The notes below the pieces were generated by a model that made no database searches, was not told where the DNA came from, and was given only the letters and a program-made list of their open reading frames with translations. A stretch of DNA of 64,000 nucleotides, from the sequence record SRR31156797_4840. One strand, 5' to 3'. Position numbers and translations under genes: made by a program. This document shows positions 1 through 10,212 of the stretch, piece after piece; position 1 is the first letter of the stretch; every line of letters starts with the position of its first letter.

Positions 1-69
1 GTTTGTTTATTTTGTCGTGATTTAATCATATTAGAGAACGATATGTTTTTTAATACCGAAAATGAAAAT

Positions 70-164
70 GAGGCTGAAGAATCAATTTTGACTCATCAGT
101 CCCATAAATTATAGAGCCTTTCTTGCGGCGTTCTTTTATGGGCTTTTGTCACAGTCTCTTTTTT
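70..164. repeat. Imperfect long hairpin, possibly an intergenic palindromic repeat or terminator
   Basis: GAGGCTG(70)...CAGTCTC(158) outer arms, CCCATAA/TTATGGG inner arms, followed by a T-run. Confidence 0.35.
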
Positions 165-732
165 GCGTTATTTCAAAAATAACTTTACTTATTTTATCAA
201 AAACAGTGATTTATAAAAAAAATAATAATTTTTATTTTGTTATTTTATATGCAATGAAATTTTTAAATAACGTTTTTTATTCATTTTTGATTATAACATT
301 ATTATTATCTACAGTCAGAAGATAGGAAGCGTTCTTTTAACTTATTATTTTAGGTCGTTAGAAAAGAGTTTTGTGCCGCTGAATTTTGTCAAATATTCTA
401 ACATTTTATTTATTTTTCTCATCTTAATTTAATTATGAGTGTTGATTTATCCCTCGTTTTTTGTATGATTTATGAAAGAGAAAAGCAGTTTTTTGAAAAG
501 AATCGATGATTCATCCTGATAATTTGCGCTTTTTTTCAATCGATGAGTAACAGATAGCTATAAGATGTGGAAGTTACAAAAATCAGAATTATGAAAAATC
601 AATTATAATCATAATTTTGAATGGAAGAAAAAAAGAATTATAATTCTCTTTCGCCAACTCGCTAAACTAAGAGTTGTAACACAGGGCGTGCACTGCGCGA
701 TACGTTTATTTTTTTAAGATAGGAGGGATAAA

Positions 733-3700
733 GTGAAACGGTTTTTAACAACTTTACTTGTTTTTCTACTAACATCAGGTCCGTGTTTTTCATATGCAAT
801 GGTAGTGGCACAAGCCGAAAGTGTTACAAAAACAAGTGAAGAACAAAGTATGTCTTCTTCTGACCCTGTCGTTTCATCGATCGACAGTCTGGAAGAGACG
901 AACGAAACTGAAGTGCAAGCATCTAGCGAACCTGCTTCGACAGATTCGTCTACAGGAGCCACTGACACAGCTTCAGCTGAAACAGAAGCTTCATCGGAAG
1001 CTGCAGAAGAAGTACAGGTGACCTTTCTGACAGACACGGAGCATGTATTTGCTAACGGGGAAACCCGCACTCAGATCAGCAAAAACAAAGGGGAAGCACT
1101 AAAAGAAAGTGATTTACCAGTTTTTGAAGATGATACTGCTTTTGAAGGTTGGTCGTTAGATGGTACGGTCTATACAAGTCAAGCGCTGACCGAATTGATT
1201 CTCACGGAGAATCAAACCTTGACCGCTGTTTTTAAACCGACTGTTAAGGCAAGAGCGGCGGACATCTCGTTGGCAGAACAATCGATCAAAGAGATCATTG
1301 CAGAAGCCGATAAAACGAAAGTGATCGCTGTACCAAGTCCAGCTGGAGATGATTCAGCATATGCAGAATACACCAATAGTGCTGAAGGGATTCGTCAAGC
1401 GTTGTTCGATATGTATCAAAACGGCAATGGCCAAGAATTTGCTTTGTATGTTGGTTCGGGTGGATCGTTGTCACTGCCAACGAATCTGACTTCAAAGACG
1501 ATTCCAGCCACAATTGATAATACCAACATGACTTTCTATGCACTACAAGGAAAAGTCAGCCGCTTGATCATCACAGGTCATGGCGATGATCCCATCACAG
1601 ATGCGACAACGTTGACTTCTGGTAGTCGAACAGTTGCACTTGGCACGGACATCTACTTCGGTTCTGATGTAGTGATTCGAAACCTCAACTATACGGGGAC
1701 GAGAATGTACATGAATGGGCATAGTCTTTCCTTGAACGGTGGTTCCACCGGCAATGGCCTAGCTATTTATGGAGGAAGCAACAATGGCGACCTTACTGGA
1801 AATCCGACGATCACTGTAAATGCGACAGGCTCTGGAACTTGGAACATCTATGGTGGGAATCAAAGCGGTGGTACATTGACTGGGAATACAGCGATTGTCG
1901 TAAATAATACGGTGGGCGGCATCAGTACGATTGCAGGAGGTGCCAATATTGGTACGATTGATGGGAACACGAATGTTGCAATCAATCGCTTGAATGGGAC
2001 ATTAGGCAGTTATTATGGCGGTGGTCTTGGAACAAATGCTTCCAATACAGCCAATGTGACAGGAAATGTTGAAACGACGATCCAGACGACCAATACAAGC
2101 TTTCGCTTAAGTGCTTTTACTGGTGGCGTTCAATATGGAAATATCGGTGGTACAATCCGCAGTACGATCTCTGGTGCAGGCGGTTGGTCAGGCACAGCCA
2201 ATCGTTTCATAGGCGGTTCATTTTATGGCAACATCGGCTCTGATCGTTCTAAGGATGCCATCGTGACTAACCTAGATGCTAGCAGTTATTCCACTGGACG
2301 TAGTGAATTTGAAGGTGGCAATCGGAATACTGGTACCATCACAGGGAACATCGTTAACACCGTGAAAGCAGGACCGAGTGCGAGCGTCGGGGGGATTGGT
2401 GATTTTAACGGCGGCGGGGGAAACAACGTTAGTACCTTGACTCAAAGTTCAATGGGGGCTTCGAATACGACGACGTATGACAATTATACCCCGGAACAAC
2501 GAGCAGCACTGGCAGAAGCAGCGGCAAGTTTTAAAGTTTATGGCGATATCACTTCTCATCTAGTCAGTGGTTCCTTTTCAAATGGCGCGATTTATTCGAC
2601 GGCAGCTGGTCGAGGCGGCTATGTTGAAGGAAATACGACGATTGAAGTTGGCACGATCACTTCGGATGGTAGTCCTGGTGGAGATGGGATTGCTTACACA
2701 GGAACCAGACCAACGAATCTAGATTACTCAACAACCAACAAAACAAGAGGAAACGCCTCTGGTTGGGACATCGTTGGTGGCGGTGGTTATCCTGGTACGG
2801 CTTGGGATATCTATATTAAAGGAAATACCAAAACGATCTTAAATAACACGGTTGCTCGCTGGACCTACGGTGGCTCCTTCTCAGGTGTCATTGAGGGGAA
2901 TTCTTCCAATACTTTGAATTCGGGGATCGTCGATACGCTAGAAGGAACAGGGTATACTGGACGCCGCGTTTACGGAGATGGACGAACGACAGTAAATAAT
3001 GGGCAAGTAGACTGGTTTTTATCTGGTGGCGGCTGGGATGACTTATTAGTGACCGGCAATGTCGCAGTAACGGTTTATGATGGGGTGATCAATGCTTCAC
3101 TCGGTGCTTCTTATGGTGTCGCTTCTTCCCACACCATTAACGGAAACTCAGATAATCGAGTGTTTGGCGGGAACTTCTCAGGCACCCCGCGTACAGGGTC
3201 TAATGGTTTTTCAGGCGGTGTTACGAACAATGGACGGTTATTAGGAAATGCTAGTTTGACATTGGATTTGAGAGATTACGATGGTGAGTTTGCTCTTCCT
3301 TCAGGAACGAATATCTCAGGTGGAAATCCGTTTAACAGTACGAATATCGTTGGGACCGACAGCTCCAATACGATTACATTGAACATATACACAAAGCCGG
3401 GCTCAGATGCACTGAATGGTGCAACGATCTATGGCGATGGTGGACGGACTGCTAGCAATACAAGAAGCGGCAAAATTTATATGAATATCCAGGCAGAAGG
3501 ATCAAGTATCGGGAATTTATACACCACGTACTATTCCAATATTTCTTCCAGCCAAATTTTAAGAGATGTCGAAATGCGGGTTCAAGGAGCCAAAAGTATC
3601 AATGGGATTTCAGGCGGAAATGCGTCAGACAACTTTACGAACACGATCGTAGCCAACAGCAGCAATCAAGTGAAGATGAGCTTTGGTGAAAATGTCGATG

Positions 3701-5601
3701 GGACAGCTTCTTATCAAACTGATCCAATCGCTGTGACGGGTCTGGGAATCGTCAACTTTACCGAATTGAATGTGACAAACGGCATCAAGCTAATGGCCAA
3801 TGGGGGAGACATCAAAAATGGCCGTTCAGCCACTGCTGCGAATCACGCAACGACCTATCATCAGTTCGGTGACATCCATCTTTCCAAGGATGCCGGTATC
3901 GGTATTTCTTCTGCAACGAATTTGATTTCAGGCGCGAAGTTAACGGTGGAAGACAAAGGGACGATTGAGTCACCGCCGGGAACGGGGCGAATCAATCTTT
4001 CAGATTTCGCAACACCAGATACGGACAAAGATCATTTAACGTGGCTGAAAACGACGACCAATGATGCAGGTTCTCGAGTCAACAGTCAAGGGACGTGGTT
4101 TGGAGCGGTTAGTGCCTATCAAGTACTGACTATAAATCCAACTGCTGCTAATGCTGCAGCGATCACGCCAATCAACTTCAGCGGGATCGAAAAAGCGACT
4201 GGGAAAACCTTCATCGGGGACAACGATGTGACCAATGCAGCCAACGGGTACGGTATTGCGATACCAGGTTCGATCATTAACTACGAAGTCGAAACACCGG
4301 GAGTCGCTAACGGGATTGGCGCCATTAGTCACAATGTAACGGCAGTCAAAGAGAACAATACGCCGCTGACCTTGCAAGCATGGGGAACTGAGCAGGCGGG
4401 GACACAGGTGCAAAAAGGGCGTTTATTGATTCCCTACACGGTAACGGAATTGCCAACATTGACGTTTACACCAGAAACCCAAACGTCCGGTTCATGGGTC
4501 TATGCGGGGCAAATCAAATCCAGCAAGCTGGATAGCACGGATCAGCAGTTGACGGAACAACCAGATTCAGAGCCAGTTGACTGGACGAGTCCTGATGGGG
4601 AGTATAGTTACGATATTAGTGTCCGCTACTCAAATAAGGCGGAAGTCCAAGCCCGCAATGTGATCCTTACAGAGCAAGAGGCACAATCGCTGACCAAAGA
4701 ACAAGCCGTGACTTATCTCGAAGCCAGCGGGCGTCCTTTCTTTAAGGATACGCTGACAGATGAGGTCTTAGCTGCGATTCAAGAACCGTTAGAAACAGCG
4801 GTCTACCGCAAACAAGCGATCACTTTTTCAGTAGGGGAAAACGATCAGAATCAGGCAGAAACTACCGTGAATCTGGTGGTGGTCAAAAATGAAAGTGTCA
4901 TTTCTGCTGATCGGCAATTTGCCGTCTATGCAAAAGATGTCCGTTTGACCTTACCAGAAGCAACGGCGCTGACAGATGAAGCCGCTTTGGCAGACTATAC
5001 CCAAGCAACCACGATTTTTGCAGATAATCGGGCAAATATACCACCGACTGTCGATCCGCAAGCTTTTGCCGCGATCCAGCAAGCAACGGAAGATGAGCTG
5101 TTGAAAAATGTATCAACGGCTTACCATTATGAAGCAGGCAGTCAACGGGCAGAAAAAGTCGTCAATGTCGCAGTTGCCGGCGAGCTTATTTTAAGCAGTG
5201 TGCCAACAGACTTTGATTTTGGGCAGCAGAAAGTTGCCACAGAAACACAAGATTATTGGCCAACGATCACAGGTGAGCTAGCGGTGAAAGATACGAGAGG
5301 GTCCGAACGGAGTCCATGGCGCTTGACGGTCAAAGAGCAACAGCCATTAACGGATGGGACAGATCAATTAACCGATGTCTTCCGCTTTGTGACAAACGGT
5401 CAAGAACAGATGATAACCAGTGGGGAAATGATCATCGAGGAAACGGAATTGACAGAAAATGGCACATACGTCGTGAATCAGCACTGGGGCGAAAGTCAGA
5501 ATGAAGGAATCAAGCTTACCGTTCCAGTCGAACAGCAAAAAGTTGGGGACTATCAAGGAACCTTGAGCTGGCAACTGGTTTCGGCACCGGGCAACCCATA
5601 A
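733..5601 (+). CDS. Large secreted WxL-domain surface protein (1622 aa), putative adhesin
   Basis: RBS AGGAGG + GTG; signal peptide; S/T/E-rich linker; long Gly/Asn/Thr-rich repeats (IYGG, GN-x-x-I-x-V); C-terminal WxL domain (FDFG...DTRG...WRLTV...YQGTLSWQL). Confidence 0.9.
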   Translation: MKRFLTTLLVFLLTSGPCFSYAMVVAQAESVTKTSEEQSMSSSDPVVSSIDSLEETNETEVQASSEPASTDSSTGATDTASAETEASSEAAEEVQVTFLTDTEHVFANGETRTQISKNKGEALKESDLPVFEDDTAFEGWSLDGTVYTSQALTELILTENQTLTAVFKPTVKARAADISLAEQSIKEIIAEADKTKVIAVPSPAGDDSAYAEYTNSAEGIRQALFDMYQNGNGQEFALYVGSGGSLSLPTNLTSKTIPATIDNTNMTFYALQGKVSRLIITGHGDDPITDATTLTSGSRTVALGTDIYFGSDVVIRNLNYTGTRMYMNGHSLSLNGGSTGNGLAIYGGSNNGDLTGNPTITVNATGSGTWNIYGGNQSGGTLTGNTAIVVNNTVGGISTIAGGANIGTIDGNTNVAINRLNGTLGSYYGGGLGTNASNTANVTGNVETTIQTTNTSFRLSAFTGGVQYGNIGGTIRSTISGAGGWSGTANRFIGGSFYGNIGSDRSKDAIVTNLDASSYSTGRSEFEGGNRNTGTITGNIVNTVKAGPSASVGGIGDFNGGGGNNVSTLTQSSMGASNTTTYDNYTPEQRAALAEAAASFKVYGDITSHLVSGSFSNGAIYSTAAGRGGYVEGNTTIEVGTITSDGSPGGDGIAYTGTRPTNLDYSTTNKTRGNASGWDIVGGGGYPGTAWDIYIKGNTKTILNNTVARWTYGGSFSGVIEGNSSNTLNSGIVDTLEGTGYTGRRVYGDGRTTVNNGQVDWFLSGGGWDDLLVTGNVAVTVYDGVINASLGASYGVASSHTINGNSDNRVFGGNFSGTPRTGSNGFSGGVTNNGRLLGNASLTLDLRDYDGEFALPSGTNISGGNPFNSTNIVGTDSSNTITLNIYTKPGSDALNGATIYGDGGRTASNTRSGKIYMNIQAEGSSIGNLYTTYYSNISSSQILRDVEMRVQGAKSINGISGGNASDNFTNTIVANSSNQVKMSFGENVDGTASYQTDPIAVTGLGIVNFTELNVTNGIKLMANGGDIKNGRSATAANHATTYHQFGDIHLSKDAGIGISSATNLISGAKLTVEDKGTIESPPGTGRINLSDFATPDTDKDHLTWLKTTTNDAGSRVNSQGTWFGAVSAYQVLTINPTAANAAAITPINFSGIEKATGKTFIGDNDVTNAANGYGIAIPGSIINYEVETPGVANGIGAISHNVTAVKENNTPLTLQAWGTEQAGTQVQKGRLLIPYTVTELPTLTFTPETQTSGSWVYAGQIKSSKLDSTDQQLTEQPDSEPVDWTSPDGEYSYDISVRYSNKAEVQARNVILTEQEAQSLTKEQAVTYLEASGRPFFKDTLTDEVLAAIQEPLETAVYRKQAITFSVGENDQNQAETTVNLVVVKNESVISADRQFAVYAKDVRLTLPEATALTDEAALADYTQATTIFADNRANIPPTVDPQAFAAIQQATEDELLKNVSTAYHYEAGSQRAEKVVNVAVAGELILSSVPTDFDFGQQKVATETQDYWPTITGELAVKDTRGSERSPWRLTVKEQQPLTDGTDQLTDVFRFVTNGQEQMITSGEMIIEETELTENGTYVVNQHWGESQNEGIKLTVPVEQQKVGDYQGTLSWQLVSAPGNP

Positions 5602-5615
5602 AGGCAGGAAAACAA

Positions 5616-5984
5616 ATGAAAAAAATCATGATCGGTATTATTGCTGGCTGTCTATTAATATTTCCTCAGCTCGTTTCAGCAGCCGAAGCAGGTGCTTATG
5701 ACAGCAATGGCATTACTTCCTTTTTCGGCGTCTATGAAGAACCAGTTGAGGAGCCAGAAGAGCCCGTAAAAGAACAGCCAGGGAATAAACAAGTTAATCA
5801 AAAAGGCAACAATATTCTGCCGGCAACAGGATCAGATCACTTCAATAGCTATCAAAGCAGTGGTCTTGTCGTTTTGTTGGCAGCAGGAATCATTTTAATC
5901 AAAAGGAGAACAAAAAATGAAAAAACTTTTCTTGACGGCAGGCATTCTATTGATGAGCACTGCTCTGTTACCAACAACCGTTAA
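5616..5984 (+). CDS. Small LPXTG cell-wall-anchored protein of the WxL locus
   Basis: Signal peptide, LPATG, hydrophobic stretch, KRR tail; mature part only about 50 aa. Confidence 0.85.
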   Translation: MKKIMIGIIAGCLLIFPQLVSAAEAGAYDSNGITSFFGVYEEPVEEPEEPVKEQPGNKQVNQKGNNILPATGSDHFNSYQSSGLVVLLAAGIILIKRRTKNEKTFLDGRHSIDEHCSVTNNR

Positions 5985-6630
5985 TGCCGCTGAATACACT
6001 TCAAATGGAGCAATCACTTTTGAAGCGGACCCGAATCCAACCAATCCAGTTGATCCGACCGATCCAGAAAAACCAGTGGATCCCGTCGATCCAACCGATC
6101 CAGATGGACCAAATCCTGGAACAGCTGGACCATTATCGATTGATTTTGCTTCAAGTTTTCAATTTGGCAACCAACTGATTACTTCTGAAACAAAAGATTA
6201 TTACGCACAGCTGCAAGAGTTCACAGCTGGCGCTGCTGGACCAAACTATGTGCAAGTAACAGATAAACGAGGAACGCAAGAAGGTTGGTCATTGAGTGTT
6301 GTGCAAAACGGACAATTCAAAACGGCTGATGACGAAGAGCTAGTCGGCGCTTCATTATCGATCGCCTCAGGTGCAGCAACTTCAGTCACCGATATGCAGT
6401 ATGCACCAACAGTTACTGCAAGTCATACCTTTGTACCCGATAGTGAAATCACCTTGGTCAATGCACCTGTCGGAAAAGGAATAGGAACTTGGATTTACAA
6501 GTTTGGGAACGATGCAACGGAAGGGTCAACGGCAGTAAAATTAAACGTACCAGGCAGTTCCGTAAAATTAGCCAAAGAGTATCGGACGACATTGACTTGG
6601 AATTTAAAGAATGTCCCTGAAAGCAATTAA
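5917..6630 (+). CDS. Small WxL-domain protein 1
   Basis: Signal peptide, PVDPTDP linker, GPLSIDFAS, VQVTDKRG..GWSL, YRTTLTWNL. Confidence 0.93.
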   Translation: MKKLFLTAGILLMSTALLPTTVNAAEYTSNGAITFEADPNPTNPVDPTDPEKPVDPVDPTDPDGPNPGTAGPLSIDFASSFQFGNQLITSETKDYYAQLQEFTAGAAGPNYVQVTDKRGTQEGWSLSVVQNGQFKTADDEELVGASLSIASGAATSVTDMQYAPTVTASHTFVPDSEITLVNAPVGKGIGTWIYKFGNDATEGSTAVKLNVPGSSVKLAKEYRTTLTWNLKNVPESN

Positions 6631-6675
6631 AATCACTGATTTTCAGTAAAACAGATAAAGGAGTGTCAAATAGAA

Positions 6676-7476
6676 ATGAAAAAAACAGCATGGGTCTTTG
6701 TAAGTCTTGCCGTCTTGGCAGCAGCGAGTGCAGCAACCGAGGTTTCAGCAGCCGAAGCGGCTTCTTACACCTCAAATGGGGCGGTTGATTTTATTCCGAA
6801 TACTGATCCGACGAACCCAGTCAATCCAGAAAATCCAGATCCAGAAAACCCGGTCAATCCTGTGGATCCAACCGATCCCGATGGACCAAATCCTGGAACG
6901 AATGGCCCATTATCGATCGATTATGCCTCTAGCTTAGATTTTGGTGTCAATAAAATCTCTAATAAAAACGAAGTCTATTATGCACGAGCACAAGGGTACT
7001 TGAACGATGATGGCACAGCTTCTACATTAAAAACTGCCAATTATGTCCAAGTAACTGATAATCGCGGTAGTAATGCCGGTTGGCGGTTGTCTGTGAAGCA
7101 AAATGGTCAATTTAAAAATGAGACGACCTTGAATAAAGAATTGACAGGTTCTGTCATCACCCTAACAAGTCCTGCCGTTAAATCAAATGCGGTTGGCGTC
7201 ACAGCTCCCGTGGCAGAAGCAACGATCACGTTGGATGCAGCCGGTGCTGAATCAGTGGTGATGACTGCAGCAAAGCAAACAGGTGCTGGAACATGGGTCA
7301 ACGCTTGGGGAAGTGTTGAGTCGATCACTGAAATAGACAAAGATGATCAAGAAGTACAAGCCGATATTACCAAAGCAGTCGCACTTTCTGTACCAGGCAG
7401 CACCCCAAAAGATGCCGTTAGCTACACGACTACATTGACTTGGGTATTATCAGATACACCAGGAACGGAAGGATAA
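6676..7476 (+). CDS. Small WxL-domain protein 2
   Basis: Paralogue of the previous gene; GWRL and YTTTLTWVL motifs. Confidence 0.93.
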   Translation: MKKTAWVFVSLAVLAAASAATEVSAAEAASYTSNGAVDFIPNTDPTNPVNPENPDPENPVNPVDPTDPDGPNPGTNGPLSIDYASSLDFGVNKISNKNEVYYARAQGYLNDDGTASTLKTANYVQVTDNRGSNAGWRLSVKQNGQFKNETTLNKELTGSVITLTSPAVKSNAVGVTAPVAEATITLDAAGAESVVMTAAKQTGAGTWVNAWGSVESITEIDKDDQEVQADITKAVALSVPGSTPKDAVSYTTTLTWVLSDTPGTEG

Positions 7477-7487
7477 GGAGTATAGAC

Positions 7488-8228
7488 ATGAAAAAAACAC
7501 TAGCATTTCTCTCAGTATTAGGCTTAAGCCTAGCAGCACCAGTGCTGGCACAAGCAGCGGACAGTGCAGAATACAACTCAAATGGACAAATCACCTTTGA
7601 ACCAAATACGGATCCAACTAATCCAATCAGCCCAACGGATCCAGATCCAGAAAATCCAATCAAACCAGTGGATCCAACGGACCCAGATGGACCAAATCCG
7701 GGAACGAACGGACCGCTATCGATTGATTTTGCTTCAAGCCTTTACTTTGGCACACAAAAAATCACCTCAAAAACAGAGATCTACCATGCGGAAACTCAAA
7801 AATATGTGGATTCAGTTGGTGATAATCAAGAAGGACCGAATTTTGTCCAAGTGACAGACAATCGGGGAACAGAGAGCGGTTGGACATTGAATGTTCGCCA
7901 AAATGGTCAGTTCAAAACAGCGGAAGATCAAGAATTGACTGCTGCGCAAATTCGTTTGACGAAGGGAACTGTGGTAACTCCTTCATTGTCACCAAAACCA
8001 TCAAATGTGAGCGCAACGATCACATTGAATCCAAATGGTGCCCAATCCTTAGTGATGAGTGCCCAAGATGGCGAAGGGGCAGGGACCTATTTAATGAGCT
8101 GGGGCGATAGTTTAGCTGCAGCCATGGATAGCATTGAGTTGGAAGTTCCAGGCTCAACGACGAAATATGCCAGCCAATACAACACCACATTTACTTGGTT
8201 ACTAACAGACACACCAACCAACCCATAA
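7488..8228 (+). CDS. Small WxL-domain protein 3
   Basis: Start moved to ATG 7488 (RBS AAGGAG, MKK signal peptide); GWTL and YNTTFTWLL motifs. Confidence 0.93.
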   Translation: MKKTLAFLSVLGLSLAAPVLAQAADSAEYNSNGQITFEPNTDPTNPISPTDPDPENPIKPVDPTDPDGPNPGTNGPLSIDFASSLYFGTQKITSKTEIYHAETQKYVDSVGDNQEGPNFVQVTDNRGTESGWTLNVRQNGQFKTAEDQELTAAQIRLTKGTVVTPSLSPKPSNVSATITLNPNGAQSLVMSAQDGEGAGTYLMSWGDSLAAAMDSIELEVPGSTTKYASQYNTTFTWLLTDTPTNP

Positions 8229-8237
8229 GTACCAGCT

Positions 8238-8270
8238 TTCTCCTTGAACCTCGAAAGGGTTCAAGGAGAA
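8238..8270 (+). other. Strong intergenic stem-loop without U-tract
   Basis: 13-bp perfect stem TTCTCCTTGAACC/GGTTCAAGGAGAA. Confidence 0.7.
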
Positions 8271-8295
8271 TACATAGAAAGAAGGGACATCCATC

Positions 8296-9378
8296 ATGAA
8301 AAAAATCAAACAGCTTTTGGCGCTCCTATTCGCAAGTATTTTCTTTTTTGTACCAACCATAGGAACCGCTTCTGAATTTAACTTTGCCGTCAATCCAGTG
8401 ATTCCAGAGAATCAAATCGATAAAGAAAAGACTTATTTTGACTTGAAAATGGAGCCAGGAGCGGTTCAAACTGTAGAAGTCCAATTGCGCAATGACACCG
8501 ATCAAGAGGTCGTCATCGCGCCAGTGATCGCTTCTGCTACTACGAATCTAAACGGGGTCGTGGAATATGGCGAAAACGACATCGAAGCGGACGAAACCTT
8601 GCCTTATGATATGGCTGATTTGATTGAAGTGGAGGAAGAGATCACGATCCCGAAACAATCCCAAATCACCTTACCCTTAAAGATCAGTATGCCCTCAGAA
8701 TCGTTTGAAGGGGTTATTGCCGGTGGTTTGACCTTGAAAGAAACGACAGCGGAAACCGATACTGCTGACAGTGAAGAAGACCAAGGGTTAGCCATCAAGA
8801 ATGAGTATGCCTATGTCGTTGCGATTTTACTCCGTCAAAATACAACAGAAGTCACGCCGGATCTAAAACTGCTGGATGTTGGACCGGGACAAGTCAACGC
8901 TCGCAATACCATCAATGTTACGTTGCAAAATCCTGAATCAGCTTACTTAAATTCCTTACGGTTGATCAATGAAGTGAAGAAGAAAGGCGATAGTGACGTC
9001 TTGTATGCTTCAGATACCTCACGAATGCAAATGGCACCTAATTCAAACTTCTCGTACCCAATTTCCTTGGAAGGACAACGTTTAGAAGCAGGGACCTATG
9101 TGTTGACTTCCGTGGCCTATGGTGGGAAAAGCGATGAAGGACAATACAAAGTGGAGAATGAAGAAGGCGAGGAAGAAAGCTATCTCTATAAATGGAGCTT
9201 CGAAAAAGAATTCACAGTGACTGGCGATGTTGCTCGTGATCTTAATAAGAAAGATGTGACGATCGAAACAGATTACACGTGGCTTTACTTCTTGATCGGC
9301 GGTCTGTTGCTGCTGCTCGCCTTACTGCTGCTTTTATGGTACCGACGAAAGAAAAAAAATGAAACGGATGAAGCGTGA
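8296..9378 (+). CDS. DUF916/DUF3324 WxL-interacting membrane protein
   Basis: FAVNPVIPENQ..TYFDL, ATTNLNGVVEY, NEYAYVVAI, MAPNSNF motifs; C-terminal TM + basic tail. Confidence 0.92.
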   Translation: MKKIKQLLALLFASIFFFVPTIGTASEFNFAVNPVIPENQIDKEKTYFDLKMEPGAVQTVEVQLRNDTDQEVVIAPVIASATTNLNGVVEYGENDIEADETLPYDMADLIEVEEEITIPKQSQITLPLKISMPSESFEGVIAGGLTLKETTAETDTADSEEDQGLAIKNEYAYVVAILLRQNTTEVTPDLKLLDVGPGQVNARNTINVTLQNPESAYLNSLRLINEVKKKGDSDVLYASDTSRMQMAPNSNFSYPISLEGQRLEAGTYVLTSVAYGGKSDEGQYKVENEEGEEESYLYKWSFEKEFTVTGDVARDLNKKDVTIETDYTWLYFLIGGLLLLLALLLLLWYRRKKKNETDEA

Positions 9379-10168
9379 GCACCTTGAGAAATACTTGATC
9401 GATGGCTTGATCATCGCAGGTATCCTCTTGTTGGCACTTCCTTTTTTAAAAGAAAGCATCGTCAGTTGGCAATTACGCACAAGCGAATTGACGATAGCGA
9501 CCCAGCTGCCGACAACGATTCCAGAAGAAGAAACGATTCAAATGCCGGCTCTAGGGGATGTATTGGCTCCGCAGTCGGCAACGATCACCGGGTACGGCTT
9601 TGTTGCAATTGAAGCGATCGAGTTCCAGCAGCCGCTATTGGTGGGGATAACCAATCAGCAGCTGCTGAAAGGCGGTGTCGTGATGTTTCCGGAACGTTTG
9701 TTAAAAAATAACAATTTTGTCGTTTTAGGGCATCATCTCGGTAGACAAAGTTTGTTATTTGGTCAATTGCTAGAAGCACAGGTGGGGATGGAAGTGTCCG
9801 TAACCTACCTCGAGGAACGCCAGCAGTATATTATTATCGATAAAAAAGTCGTAGATGAATCCGACTTGTCGGTTCTAACAGATGACCAGACACCAAAGTT
9901 GACATTGATTACTTGTCCCACACCTACTCGAACAGAAGAACGCTACGTGCTGACAGCGATTCCTGTTGAGCAAGCAACTGCCGGGCAGTCGCAAAACACA
10001 GCGACCATGGGCAGTACGTCACAAGGCGCAAGAGTGTTGGCTCAAAAACAAGAAATGTTATGGAAACAACAATCTGAAAAAAATTGGTTTCTTTTATTTG
10101 TTATTTTATTTATAATTAGTGGATGTCTGCTTGGCGTTCACAAACTGTTGAAACGTTCAGCGCCGTAG
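9359..10168 (+). CDS. Sortase (class A-like catalytic core, extra C-terminal TM)
   Basis: N-terminal TM; GHH (His), TLITC (Cys), downstream Arg (EERYV). Confidence 0.9.
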   Translation: MKRMKREHLEKYLIDGLIIAGILLLALPFLKESIVSWQLRTSELTIATQLPTTIPEEETIQMPALGDVLAPQSATITGYGFVAIEAIEFQQPLLVGITNQQLLKGGVVMFPERLLKNNNFVVLGHHLGRQSLLFGQLLEAQVGMEVSVTYLEERQQYIIIDKKVVDESDLSVLTDDQTPKLTLITCPTPTRTEERYVLTAIPVEQATAGQSQNTATMGSTSQGARVLAQKQEMLWKQQSEKNWFLLFVILFIISGCLLGVHKLLKRSAP

Positions 10169-10212
10169 AAAGAGCATCAAAAAGAAGCTCTGTTGATAAG
10201 GAGGGTGAAGAA

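Noticed and set aside
6025-7720. GATCC/AATCC-rich DNA repeats
   Set aside because: Explained by the Pro/Asp/Asn linkers of three paralogous WxL genes
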